From the human T2T-CHM13v2.0 reference genome, Homo sapiens: a DNA stretch of 64,000 nt. The stretch lies in the NCBI RefSeq assembly GCF_009914755.1, contig NC_060934.1; one strand, written 5' to 3'. The position numbers and the translations under genes were made by a program. Under the pieces are notes generated by a model that was not told the DNA's origin, made no database searches, and was given only the letters and a program-made list of their open reading frames with translations. Position 1 is the stretch's first letter. The number at the start of each line of letters is the position of its first letter. This document shows positions 1 to 14,200 of this stretch, in pieces.

Positions 1-2029
1 GAGCCCCAGTGGCCCTTCCTCCTGAAGAAGAAAAATTGGAAGGGATAAAGCATATTGAAAGTCATCACCACATAAAAGACGTAAGCTTGGCCATGCACAT
101 GTACCTATCACCATGCACATGTTTTCTATGCACAGGAAAATAAAACATGAGATAATCGTATGTTTGAAAAGCTGTGCTGTGCTACTTGGGTGCAGCAGAA
201 TGTCTTTGAAAAACTTGTAAGTGCCCAGTTCAGTGGATTGACAGATACAATCAATGTGGCTTAGAAATGTATTTTTACTTTTCCTATTTTTTAAAAATGT
301 AAAATTGGGTTCTCACTATCTGATAATTTGTTAGAGAGCACTTTTTTTTTCTGAGGAATTGATTACTTTTGGTTAACCGAGGGTCCTGTATTTGCAGATG
401 ATTTTCCTTATGGAGTTTACTAGCATCTCTTTGGGTTTGATTATCCTGGCAGGATAAAATGCTGATGTGTTAGGAAGAGAAGGAGGGAGCCCGAGACATC
501 CACAGCTCTCTTTCTTGCCATAGCTCATGCTAAAGCTTGTAAACTCCACCAAAAGTTAAAGCTTGGGGATATTAGGAAGCCTAACAGATTTTCTTTGGAG
601 TTGCTGAATATTTGCTACTGTAAACAGCAAATAGTGATTGACAAATGCACGAATAAAGGCCTGGTTTACATTTCTATTGTGAACTATAGGTTAAAATTTC
701 ATTATAGTAATTGCATCTCACAGAAAAAGAAGTGTTTGAATTTCCAAGCATATGCAGATACTACTACAACTTAGGTTCTGTTGAAATATAATAAGACTTC
801 TTATCAAAACACGAAAACAAATGATTTTCCTTCATAGGAGTAAAGCAATGAACAGGACCCTAATTTCTCATAGCTATTTTCTAGGTAGTGATGGTAGGCC
901 TCTCTGGCTCTTAGGGATGCACATGATGTGTATACTGTATGTAGAACATGTATAAGTCTTTAGAATACAGTTATTGTATTTCTCTACTCTCATCCTTTGG
1001 TAGACATATATTAAATGATAACAGTGCATTTTAGAAATAATTTTTATGAGACTATTTTAAATCTGTGATTGAATATCTTGCTTTAAGGGTTATCTTTTTG
1101 CAAGGGAGGGATTCTAGTCTTTTAGCAAAATTCTAGAAAGTTTTTTCCAGAAATATCCCACCAAAAAAATAGGTAAATATAAAATAAGCCATGAGCAATT
1201 TCAGCTGCAAGAGTTACTGAATATAGAAACTAATCAAATATATTGTGAAAAAGAATAAAAGTAGGGCTTCCCAGTAAATGATAAAGATTTAGTGCAGGTG
1301 TAAGGAGGCCCAGAAAAAGGCCAGGCAGGCTGGAGAAGTGAGACAGCTGACCAAGGCCCTTCTGACGGGTGGTGTGCAGGTCATTCCTGTTCCTTTTGCT
1401 CCCCATGCTTTGCCTCTCTCTTTGACTCAGAAGTCGGAAAGATAAACCATCTCTCCAAGGTCTCAAACTGTGGCTTGGAGGTGAGGTGCTTTTGAAACCT
1501 AGCCCTCATGAAGTCCTTGCACCCAGGGAGGGATTTAATTTTACACAAGGGTCCCTGTAAATTCAAAATGGGTTTTATTAATCAGTTTTCTTAATTTCAC
1601 TTCCTAACCATCTCCACCTGTATCCCTCATATAAACATCTCAAATGCAACATGTTGACTCAGCTCACATGCTTTCTTTCCCTCCCTGCACCAACACAGCA
1701 TCTGTCTCTATACCTGAATTTCCATGTGCTCAGTCACTCATGTTAGAAACTCAACTCCACGCTCTCGTATGCCACATCTAATGAGCCATGGTCTATAGAC
1801 TCTATCCACCCTGTCTTTCTTCTAGATACCACATTTCCTCCTCACATACCTGCCTTATTTCAGGTCTCTTAATACTTTGCTTAAGCCTTTGTCACCTTTC
1901 CTCTTTCACCATCTGATCTTCCACACAGCTACCAAAGAGATCTTCCACCACATGGTTATTATCACCTTACGTGTTCACCCAAATTGCACGCAGGTGTGAG
2001 GATGCCTGAGGAATATCATGCATGCAATA

Positions 2030-3800
2030 AAAGGCACAAATATTAAATATATAGCTCAATGAATTTCACAAAGTAAACGCATCCACATAAAACCGTCACG
2101 GATCAAGATGTAGAACGTTGCGGACATCTCAGAAAGCCTTCTCAGTCCCCCTTGCAGTCAGTGCCCTCCGCAGAGGGAACCACTATTTCGACCTCTACCA
2201 TAGATTACCTTTATCTTTCTTTGAGCTTTATATAAATAGAATCACAGAATTCTATGTCTGGATTCTTTGGCTCAGTTTTATGTTTATAAGACCAATACAT
2301 GTTGGATACAGCAGTGGTTTATTTTACATTATTGTATAGTATTCCATTTTATGAATATAATACAATGGATCTGTTCTACTGATAGATGTTTGGGTTTTTC
2401 CTAGTTTGGGTTATTATATATAATGCTGCTATGAGCATTCTTGTACATGTCTTTCAGATGCCTACACATATACATTTCTGTTCGGTATGTACTTAGGATT
2501 GGGATTGCTGACATAATAGGCTATATATGTGTTCAATTTCGATAGATATGGCCAATCAGTTTTCTAAGTGGTTGCACCAATTTACACTCTCACAAACACT
2601 ATGTTAACGTTCTGTTTGCTCCACATCCTTGCAAAATTTGGCACCTTGTTTTATTTTAGCCATTCCGGTGGATATGTATCATGTTGTATCTTTAATACTC
2701 ATTTCTCTGGTGGCAAATTATATTGAGCATCTTCTCATATGCTTATTGACCATTTCCATATTCTCTTGGAGAAGGTGCCTCTGCAAGTATTTTGCCCAGT
2801 GTTATTGTTGTTTTAATTGGCCCATTCCTATTGATTATTAGGCTAGATTTGAATCCTTTGTTGGATATATGTATTTCATTTATCTTCATCCATTTGAGGC
2901 TTGTCTTTTCACTCTTCCAAGGATGTGTTTACATAAATGGAAATTCTTAGTTTTAATGAAATCTGATTTATTAATTACTCCCTTATTGTTGATGCTTACT
3001 GCATCCTGTATAAAAACTATTTATCATCACAAGGTCATGGAGATTTTCCTGTTTGTTGTGTTCTAGATACTATATTATTTTGCTGTTCAGATTTAAGTCT
3101 GTGTTAAGTTTGGACTTTATTTCTGCTTATGGTATGAAGTAGCAGTAAAGGTTCATTTTTATACTTACGGAGGGTTGTTCATTTAAAAAAGTTTCTTCAC
3201 TGCATGTTCGAGGCATCGTTGTTAAAAATTAGGTGACTGTATTTTAGTTCTGTCTTTGAATTCTTTACCGTATTTTCTTAGTCTACTTATTTATCCCAGG
3301 ACCAATGCCATACTGTTTACCTTGCCTTTATAATATGTGGAACTTTATAAAAGTTCCACAGATGGTGGAACTTTCATCTTTGTTTTTCACTTTTAGAACT
3401 GCCTTAGTTATTCTTGGACCTTCAGGTTTTGAAATAAATTTTAGAACCGTCTTATCATAAAACTACTGAAATTGTATTAGAATTACACTGACTCTGTAGA
3501 TAAACTTGGTGAAAATTGACATGGGCAATATTGAATCTTTTATTTCATGCCTATAGCAAAGCTACAATATTTAGCTGCATCTATTTTTAATATGACATAA
3601 ATTTCTAAATTAGTTTTCTGTCCAAAAAGTTTTCTGATTTCTACTGCAGTCTACTCTGTACTGTGGCCTATTTAGAAATGTAATCCTTAATTTTCAAACA
3701 TTTGGAGATTGTTCTATTTATCCTTTGTTATTTTCATTATATATATTCATAGAATATACTTGGTATGATTTCAGTCATTTGGTATTTTTAGAAAGTTACT
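2030..3800 (-). mobile_element. Old L1M 3' fragment
   Basis: Degenerate antisense L1 3' motifs (ATTCCATT...ATA, AATGCTGCTATGAGCATTCTTGTACATGTC, GGATTGCTG); boundaries approximate. Confidence 0.75.
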
Positions 3801-4097
3801 TTATAAAAATTTATTTAAATAAATTTGTTTTATAAATATCAAGGCTTTCCATTGCTTTCATACAGCTTTTCATTTTTGTTTTTTCATTTTGTCAACCCTT
3901 ATAAGTCTAAAAGCTGAAAGTGGAGTGTAAGTGAAATAGCTTCTCATTGTCTGATACATGATCTTAATCGGTAGACTTCAGAAACAAGCTAAATGAGATG
4001 TGAGATTGTCATTGAAATTCTCTGCTTTCTTCAAATCCGTATTCCTGTGGGATGTGCCACTTGCTGCCACCACTTGGCTTACAGGGAGTAATCGTGA

Positions 4098-4406
<309 letters not shown>

Positions 4407-5138
4407 AACAATTCTCTTAAGTCCCGTTTTCTCTGCTCATGCCTCCCAGCAAATGCCTTTGATATCCTACTTCTCACCAAACCTAGTAATAACCCAGTCA
4501 TATTATTGAATTTTTATATTACTAACACAATTTTTATTTCTGGTTGTATATTTTAGTCCTAAGCAAAATATCCCTCAAGGATACCACTGTACTTTTAATT
4601 CTTGTATGTTATAGTTACTGTTGCAATTAAATTGAAAATTAAGAATTATTTGTCTACCAAAACCATAACAATTCATTGTACTTTCTATAATATGACTGCA
4701 ATATTTAATGCCTCTGTAGCCTAGCAACAATTAAAAATAAAATAAAGTCAGAAAATATCAATTTCCTTTTGAAAAAAAAAGCAGGCTTTTATTTGTTCAT
4801 GGTTGGATGATAAAATGATGAGTGAAATAAGTGTCATAGAAGATTTAGAATCAGTGACCTAGAAGTTAAGTTCACATTTTCTTTAAAAAATAAAATAAAA
4901 TAATAAAAAGGCATTTGAAACCATTTAGGATCTGAAATATCTCATTTCAATCTCATTCTTATTATTTACTATAATTGAGTTTTGAAGTATCTGAAAGCTA
5001 ATTGTGATTTCCCAAATACAACCTACTTTTTCAGGGCTGTGTTTCTCAAAATATTGTTTTCCCTGTGCCTGAAATACCCTTATGTATTTCCCTTGTCAAA
5101 TTTACAAGCTCTTTTTCATCCTTTTTTTAATTAATTAA

Positions 5139-5309
5139 TTTTTTTTTTGAGAGAGAGAGAGAGAGGTGATGTCTTGCTCCATCACCCAGGCTGTAGTACA
5201 TTGGCACTATAATAGCTCACTGCAGCTTTGAACTCCTGGGATCAAGTGGTGCTCCCACCTCAGCCTCCCCAGTAGCTGGGACTAGAGGCATGTGCCACCA
5301 TGCCTGACC
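5139..5309 (-). mobile_element. Alu monomer / AluJ-like fragment with (GA)n
   Basis: CACCCAGGCTG...CTCAGCCTCCCCAGTAGCTGGGACTA. Confidence 0.85.
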
Positions 5310-6699
5310 CAGTCCATTTTTAAGCCTTACACATAGTATTTTCCCTTTCACCTTCATCTCTTTACCCTGGTTGATCTTACCATCTACTTTTTCTCCATTG
5401 TTCATTAATATTTAATCCAACAATTATTTCTTGACTACCTGTCATGTGCCAACAACTTGGGCTTTAAAGAGAGGAAGGTGACTAAGACATGAGCCTTCCC
5501 CTAACTTCAGAGAGTTCAGAGTTTGGTAGAGAAGACCAAGCGATAAGTGAAATAAAGTGATCAAGAAATTCCTAAAACATCTACACAGAGTCCAAAGTTT
5601 CTGAATCACTTTTTGCAACAGTGGTTGATGCCCATGCTTTCCACCCAGCATTGTCTCTGTACCACCGAGAGTGTCGACGGTGCCATGTAGCTTTAAGAAA
5701 CAGAATGCATTACTGTTGTCTCTAATCAGAAGCTTGTTTTTGAAGCTTACCAGAATATGTCAAAGCAAGATATTCAGACAATAACCAGATCTTGTATTCT
5801 TTCCTCAAAGGTTCCTTAAATGGTTTGTTGACTGAATATTGGGAACCTTTAAGAGCTCTGTCATGCCACCAGGAATAATGCAGTGACAACTTTGTCACAA
5901 CTTGTCACTTGGTCTGTAGCAATCGTAAGATGCATTGCAATGTCAGAGATGTTAAAATGTGAAGACTAAATGTTTCAGAATCAATGACTTAGAGTAATAA
6001 GTGTTATTTTAAAATATTTAGTAATAAACTAGAAAGTTCAACTTAGAAACTTTAAACTTTAATAAGTTAATTAAGTTAAAATGACCATTCCTCATAGCAC
6101 ACTGAGAGAGGTAGATTCTAAACTAAACCTCTTGCAACAGGGCTTCTTTGTAGTGCAGTGACCATACTCAGTGGATGGACATTCGGAGAATTCAGGCTGT
6201 GCTGGTTTTTAAGAAATGTGGGGGTCTTACAGACCCCCTTGATGGCTAGAGCATTCAGTGATAGGAAGTGTGCCTATCCAAAAATATAAATAAGCAAAAA
6301 CTGCTCTATTACCTGAAACAGGAAGGAAGGTATTCAAATTGGTTTTTATATGCAATTTCTATAGGAAAACAATACAATGAAACCAGAAACCTGAAATACA
6401 CTGGAGAAGAGACAGTCTCCTGGGGTAGACAAGAAAGATATCAGAAATCATATTCCTAGCTATGCAGCGTGATGAATCGCAACCCAAATGAAAAAAGAGG
6501 GGCTAATCATGAGAGCTTGGTTCTAAAAAGAAGAGGGATAGCAAACATGCAGTGGTAAACGTCACAGGCATGAAAAGGCTCAGGTGATTGTTCCTACTGA
6601 CATTATCTGCTAAAAGAGAGTGACCATACAAATAACCAGTTTCACTTATGGGCTAAACTCTGTCACTAGGTGCTGTTTGGTCTTTAAAAAAAAATTAAA

Positions 6700-6935
6700 T
6701 CTTTTAAATTGATTTTATCTGAAAAGTAAGTCACATATATTTATCATGTGCAACATGTTTTGAAATCTGTATACATTGTGGGATGGGTACATTGAGCTAA
6801 TTAACAAATGCATTATTTCATATACTTATTTTTTGTGGTGAGAGCACTTGAAATCTACTTCCTTAGCAATTTTCAAGAATATAATCTTGTACGTTGTTAT
6901 TAACTATGATCACCATGTTGTACGGTAGATCGCTC
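6700..6935 (-). mobile_element. L1MA-like 3' end fragment
   Basis: TTTTTGTGGTGAGAGCACTTGAAATCTAC...TTATTAACTATGATCACCATGTTGTAC. Confidence 0.75.
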
Positions 6936-7305
6936 CGTATTGCCAGTGATCAGCCCAATTACTCAACCACAGAAATAAATTCATCCTAGAGCTTGAGGAC
7001 CTCCATGCTGTGCCTCTTTCTCCTGATGGTCCAGCACACTGTGGGCTTGGGGTGTTAACACAGTCCTGCTCAGCTGGTGTTGCAAGCTTTCAGTCTGTTA
7101 GAATCAAACATGTATTTTCTTCCCCCTCCCTTCTCTCCTGCACACAGACCTATAAGTGATTAAACATAGAGCTTAGTCTGTGCCACCTATATATGTTTTG
7201 TGATAACTTTAAGGAGCTGATAACAAAACTTTTTTTTACAAGGTTTTGTTTTGTTTTGCCAGAGCATTCATGTGTCAAGAATTTTCTTTCCTTTTTGGGA
7301 TTCTT

Positions 7306-7393
7306 CATATAGATAGTAGATACATAGATAGAAGCTAGGTAGATAGGTAGGTAGATAGTTAGATGTCAGATACATAGAAAGATATAGATAAAT

Positions 7394-7439
<46 letters not shown>

Positions 7440-7540
7440 AGGTAGGTAGGTAGATATAGATAGATGATAGGTAGATAGATAGATGATAGAAAGAAGGTAG
7501 GTAGGTAGGTAGGTAGATATAGATAGAAGATAGTAGGTAG

Positions 7541-7591
<51 letters not shown>

Positions 7592-7727
7592 AAAAAAGAA
7601 AGAGAAAGAAGAGGGAGACAAAAGAAAGAAGATAGGAAGATAGATGGCAGATACACAGAAAGAAAGAAATAGATGACAGATACATAGAAAGATAGATATT
7701 AATAGATAGATATATAGATAGATGATA
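7306..7727. repeat. Compound (GATA)n/(GGTA)n/(GAAA)n microsatellite
   Basis: Two long pure GATA runs (~7394-7437, ~7544-7590) with TAGG blocks; source of the IYLS-repeat ORFs. Confidence 0.97.
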
Positions 7728-8100
7728 GTCTTAGTTCATTTGTGCTGCTGTAATAACTGAGACTGGGCAATTTATAAAGAACAGGCACTCATTTTTTCAC
7801 AGTTCTGGGGTCTGGAAGTTTAAGATCAAGGCACCAGCAGGTTCAGTGTCTGCTGAGAGCTGCTCTGTGCTTCCAAGATGGCGCCTTGTTACTGCATCCC
7901 CCAGAGGGAACAAACGCTGTGTCCTCACGCGGCGGGTAAGACAGAAGGGCACAAAAGAATCTAAGTTTGTTCCTTTCAACCCCCGCTACAAGACACCAAT
8001 ACATTCGTGACTCAGTCACTTCCCAAAGACCCCATCACTTAATACTGCCACAGTGGGGATTACATTTAAACGAACGATTCTTGAGGGACATTCAAATCAG
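7727..8100 (-). mobile_element. MaLR (MST/MLT1A-like) LTR
   Basis: GTCTTAGTTCATTTGTGCTGCTG...CTGAGACTGGG...TCACAGTTCTGG...AAGATCAAGGCACCAGCAG. Confidence 0.8.
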
Positions 8101-8870
8101 ATAGAGAAATAGATCTTCAGATTTTCTCCCCATGAGATTTTAAAATTAAATTTCTAGATTTCCCTATCTTTTTATCCATATTGTTTCCTTTCTGTTACTT
8201 TTTGTTTATAAAGGCAATACAAAGCATGCTCTTGGGGTGAACTCTTGGTCATAGTGACAGTGCTCAGCCCTCTGCATCCACTCATCTGCTCCCCTTGTGA
8301 CTCAAGTCATACATTTGCTGAGTGACTGTCTCAGACACCCAGTTTAAAAGTGACCCCAACTTTCCCTCATTAGCACTATATAGCAAGTAAGTGAGCCAAT
8401 TAGACAGAGCCTTACCCATATTAGTGAATAACCAATAGCCACAGGGACCTAATGAGCCGTGGCTGGGCATCTTTAGGTCATTTGGGTTACAATCCCACAA
8501 AGCATTGAACAAATGGTAGACATTTAATTGGCCTTTGCTCATGACTAAATTTTATTCATTATAGTCAAAATCTTAATTGAAATAAGACTAAATCTCTGTC
8601 ACTCTTGTTAATAACACTGTATTTTTAAATCGTTGAGTTCTGGTGTTCTTTTAGCTACATTATTTTAAAAAGGACAGGGAGCTGCTGAATTCTTTCTGTT
8701 GAATTCTAAATGTGATCTTTGCCATTGCTTATTTAAATTTAAGAAAGCTGTACTCATTCATCATTGATAATCCATATTTTTATTTTCACATTCATGGATT
8801 AGGCTTAACAAAATCTTTGAAAGGGAAAATATATTCCTAAATCTGAGCATAGAAGCATGCGTAATTTTTT

Positions 8871-8976
8871 TTTATTATACTTTAAGTTTTAGGGTACATG
8901 TGCACAATGTGCAGGTTATTTACATATGTATACATGTGCCATGTTGGTGTGCTGCACCCATTAACTCGTCATTTAG
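8871..8976 (-). mobile_element. ~106-bp young L1PA 3' end with TSD
   Basis: TTATTATACTTTAAGTTTTAGGGTACATGTGCAC...; TSD AGCATGC(G/A)TAATTTTTT at 8854-8870 and 8977-8993. Confidence 0.92.
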
Positions 8977-9752
8977 AGCATGCATAATTTTTTAAGTTAA
9001 TGCAAGCTGCCCTAGTTTCCAACTCTGCATTTTACAAGGTGATTTTTGAACAGCTTACTCCAAATCAGTGGAGGATAGCTTATTGAGGCTTTTTTTACTT
9101 AGGTTTTACTGCTTTATAATTATTCCAAAACCTAACTCTACAAGTATGTATGCCTGTGTGTGCTAATTTAATGTAAGCCTTATAAGTATAATTTGGTAGT
9201 TTCCCTAGAGTAAACTTTATATTATTCTACCTTTCATTTCCACTGTCTGAAAGGTTGCCATCGTTAAGGAGGCTGAACATTTCAAGTGAAGGACAGTCCT
9301 CATGGTTATCATGAATGTGGAATCCTCTGGACAGGGGACTTATGAAGCTGCTTTGTATTGGGTCTGCTCTGGTAATGGCCCAGATGGAAGTCAGGGTGCC
9401 CCGACGGTCACCCAGGCATGCTTTTCCAATATGTGCTTTCATTTCACACCTTCTCAAAGTGAATGCCACTTGAGAGGCTCATGTTTGATTGCCTGAAGGC
9501 TGCTGCCTTTGTCCTATATGCTGCCGTCAAAATGTATTGCAAGGGATTCTGTCTTCCACCTTTCTTTATAGCACACCAAAATATTTGGCAGCAAGGCATA
9601 AACTTTTCATCCTATGCTTGTTTGGCCACATTATGCTTTTTAGTGATAATTAGCAGCGTAATTAGCATAATAACTAGGAACAGGTACTTTTGTGGCCCCG
9701 ACCTTGTGCTGAAATTCTAAACTTGTCATTACTGTGTGTGATGTAACCATAG

Positions 9753-10082
<330 letters not shown>

Positions 10083-10845
10083 TTTCCTTTTTTTCTTTCT
10101 TTTTTTTTTTTCAGTTAAATGAGGATAATAATAACCTCCCTGAGAGCTATGAGAATTAAATTAGATAATATATAAAAAGTGTCTGGTGCAGGTGCCTACC
10201 TCATAATAAACTGTTAGTAAATGACATCCACTATAGCTGTTGCCTTAATTTACCCATGTGTACTATTTGTGTTTGACCTGTCAGTGCCACTAGACCAGAC
10301 TGGATTTATTTTTGCTTCTAAATTACAAACCTAGATCTGTGATTTTCTGATGAAAGAAAAGCCCCGGTTTTAATCATACATTACAGATCGTCTTTGGGAA
10401 TGCAGCTGGTTCGTTTGCCTGTGTGGTTGTGCACTAACTCTTGCTGGCTTCAGTTTGTATTGGAATTGTTCAGCTGGTGACACCAGTGACTCCCCATCTG
10501 TGTTTTCGGTCTCTGTTCTAAGAGCTGCCCAAGTTAAGTCTGCAATTCAATGTGTTTAAACTTTCACAAGGGTTCATCTGATACATATAATATAGTCGTA
10601 CCCATCTAAACACATAAAATCTAAACATTTGCTCTAAAACATAGAATCTTGTGCTACAGGTTTCATTTTTATCCCTAATACATAAGAACCTCGGCAGGAA
10701 TAACATTTTCAAGGAAATTATATGCATATTCAACCTTGTGACAGGAGAAAAGCAGAATTTTATCTATTTCATCTGGTTGTGGCTTTATGTATTTCTATTC
10801 TAGGGATGCTAGAATTTGGGGAGGATGTTCTTTAAGAGGTGAAGA

Positions 10846-11142
10846 GGCCGGGCGTGGTGGCTCACGCCTGTAATCCCAGCACTTTGGGAGACCGAGGCGG
10901 GCAGATCACGAGGTCAGGAGATCGAGACCATCCTGGCTAACACGGTGAAACCCCGTCTCTACTAAAAATACAAAAAATTAGCCGGGCCTGGTGGCAGGTA
11001 CCTATAGTCTCAGCTACTCGGGAGGCTGAGGCAGGAGAATGGCGTGAACCCTGGGGGTCAGAGCTTGCAGTGAGCCAAGATCGCGCCACTGCACTCCAGC
11101 CTAGGTGACAGAGCGAGACTCCGTCTTAAAAAAAAAAAAAAA
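10846..11142 (+). mobile_element. AluY
   Basis: Diagnostic GAGATCGAGACCATCCTGGCTAACACGG and GGCGTGAACCC; TSD GTGAAGA. Confidence 0.93.
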
Positions 11143-11151
11143 GTGAAGAGA

Positions 11152-11757
<606 letters not shown>

Positions 11758-11873
11758 CTAGTTGCTAAAAATACTGATCATGGGATCCCCAGAATCATAA
11801 GGGCTTTCAGAAGACCTCGTCTCCACATCTATGTTCACACATCCACGTGTATGTTCTGAAGGGTACTAGAGAC

Positions 11874-12061
<188 letters not shown>

Positions 12062-12399
12062 TAGCCAGACAGAGAATATTCATTATCCTCATTAGTGAGT
12101 AAGATCCCTTACTTCTGTGACTCCGTGGACATCCCAATTGCACCTGCTTTTTAAATCAATGTCACAAGAACTGGTGTGAGTTAAGATGCAAAGCTCTATT
12201 TCTGTTCTTTCTAGCAGGCTGTTCAGCATGAATCTTGGCCATGACCTATTATTTCTGTGCCCACCTTCTTCCCATACTATATTTTATCTATTTTTTTTAG
12301 CTCATTTCCTTCCATCCCTTTCTCATGCTTGGTAATTCTACTAACTTCCTCCTATGTCATACACAGGAAAAGGTATTCCAAATACTCACAGCTATACTC

Positions 12400-14200
12400 A
12401 CACTCTATGTCTCCTAACCAACATCTTTCCTCTCCATAAGATCATGACTCTTACTTACTGAACATAACAAACAAACAAAACTAGAGGCTATCAGCCTGGG
12501 ACACTCTCATCACAGTGCTCCATCCCAGTACATTTTCCGTATCTACATGCATCTCCATCTCCTTTCCTTCAACCTCAGAAGGAGGGTATCTCTGATTCTC
12601 TTCCAAGGCTAACTCTTCCACCTGAGACATCTGGTCCCACCTTCTCAGGAATTTCAGTCAAGTTTTTTTCTCTCTTACCTTTACATTTACCCTTTGCCTT
12701 TTAAATGGCTCTCTCCCCTTAATGTATAAACACACTCAAGTCAATGAGGGGAAAGGAAAAAGAACTTGGCACTATCCATCCTAGATCCCCTCTGGCAGGT
12801 GTTCCCCACCCAATGCCTGCCCTTTTCTCCATGTTCGGGTTTATGCACCACTGTTACTACCCCTGTGCAGTCCTCCAACTGCGGCAGCCTGGCTCTGCCC
12901 TGACTCCACTGAAACTACCTTGTCAAAGTCCCAGAGGACTTCCAGGTATGGAACTCGGTGGGAATATGTTAGACCTTGTATCACATGACATTTCTTCAGC
13001 TTTGAACACTGTGTACTGCTTTTTTCTTTTCCTTGGAACTGTCTAGTCCCTTGGTTTCACTCTGTATTTCCCTTCTGTCTCTGGCCACGCTTTCTCAGTC
13101 CCTTTTGCCGATTTTGAATACACTATCATTCTCTTAAACATTGGCTTCTTCTCTTCTTTCTCTTCCTCTTCCCTTCTCTTCACTTTCTTTACTCTTGCTG
13201 CATTGATTGCTTCTGCTTCTGTGGCTTCATTCATCACCGATATGCAGATGGCCCACACATTGTTTTTCCTGAGTTCCAGGCACAAATATTCAACTGCAAA
13301 CTTCACATTTCCTCTTGGATATTCACGGAATACCTCAAAATCAATGTATCCAAAATGAAATGGATGCACCACCCCCACCTGGCCCTCCATGTTCTTCTTC
13401 CATTAAGTTTTATCTCAGGAAATGACCTGACTATCCTTATGTTTGCCCCCCAAAGAAACCTAGAGCTAACCTTGATTTCCTTCTCCTCCTCCAACCTTCA
13501 AAATCAAATCAGTCTGCACTTCTACATGTGCAGTCTTAACATTTCTGGAAATAGTTCTCCTTTTCCCTCCCTCCCTCTACTGCTCTAACTTAGGCCTTTA
13601 TCATTTCTCTGGAATGACTGCAAATGACATCCTAACAGTTTTTCCTGACTCCAACGTTAACTATGTTCTATTCTCCACACTGAATGAGGCTCCTAAAAGT
13701 CAGTAAATTCTTCCTGTCCCTTCCTTGCTTTACCATTTTTTTGGCGGCTTGCTGAATGTTTTATTTGAATGTATTATTTTATTATGTATTAGGATAAAGT
13801 AGTACATAACTAGCACATCAAACACATTATTTTATGATTAGTAATACTTGGAGCAAAGCTAAGAATGTATCGATTTAAATTTGATTTAAGTGTAATTAAG
13901 TAAATAATAGCACTGGTCTAGAAATAGGATTGGTTAAAAAAAATAATATGGAACTCAAATGGCAGCAGAGACATTCCAAAGTTCTCATCAAGGTTTCCCC
14001 AGGAGGCCTCTCCCACCTCCCTCCAAGCTGAGCCGTCTGCCCTTCCCCATTCCCCTTCACCTTCCAGGGCTTCCCTCTCTCTGAGCATCACTGCACTGTA
14101 ATGCGTGTTTCTACCTCTAGACTTTAACCTCAATGAGGGCAAGATGGAGACTTGATGCCTGACATGTGTGTAGGCAATAAATAAATGTTAGTTGAATAAA
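12400..14200 (+). mobile_element. L2 fragments
   Basis: CT-rich degenerate L2 motifs (CACTGAAACT...TTGTCAAAGTC, TATGCAGATG...); 3' end AATAAATAAATGTTAGTTGAATAAA near 14180-14200; boundaries approximate. Confidence 0.65.

Noticed and set aside
7268-7685. Three overlapping ~100-aa IYLS-repeat ORFs
   Set aside because: Translation of the (GATA)n microsatellite.
9227-9720. Cluster of short overlapping ORFs in unique sequence
   Set aside because: No recognisable homology and no convincing splice-site pair; lengths are within chance expectation.
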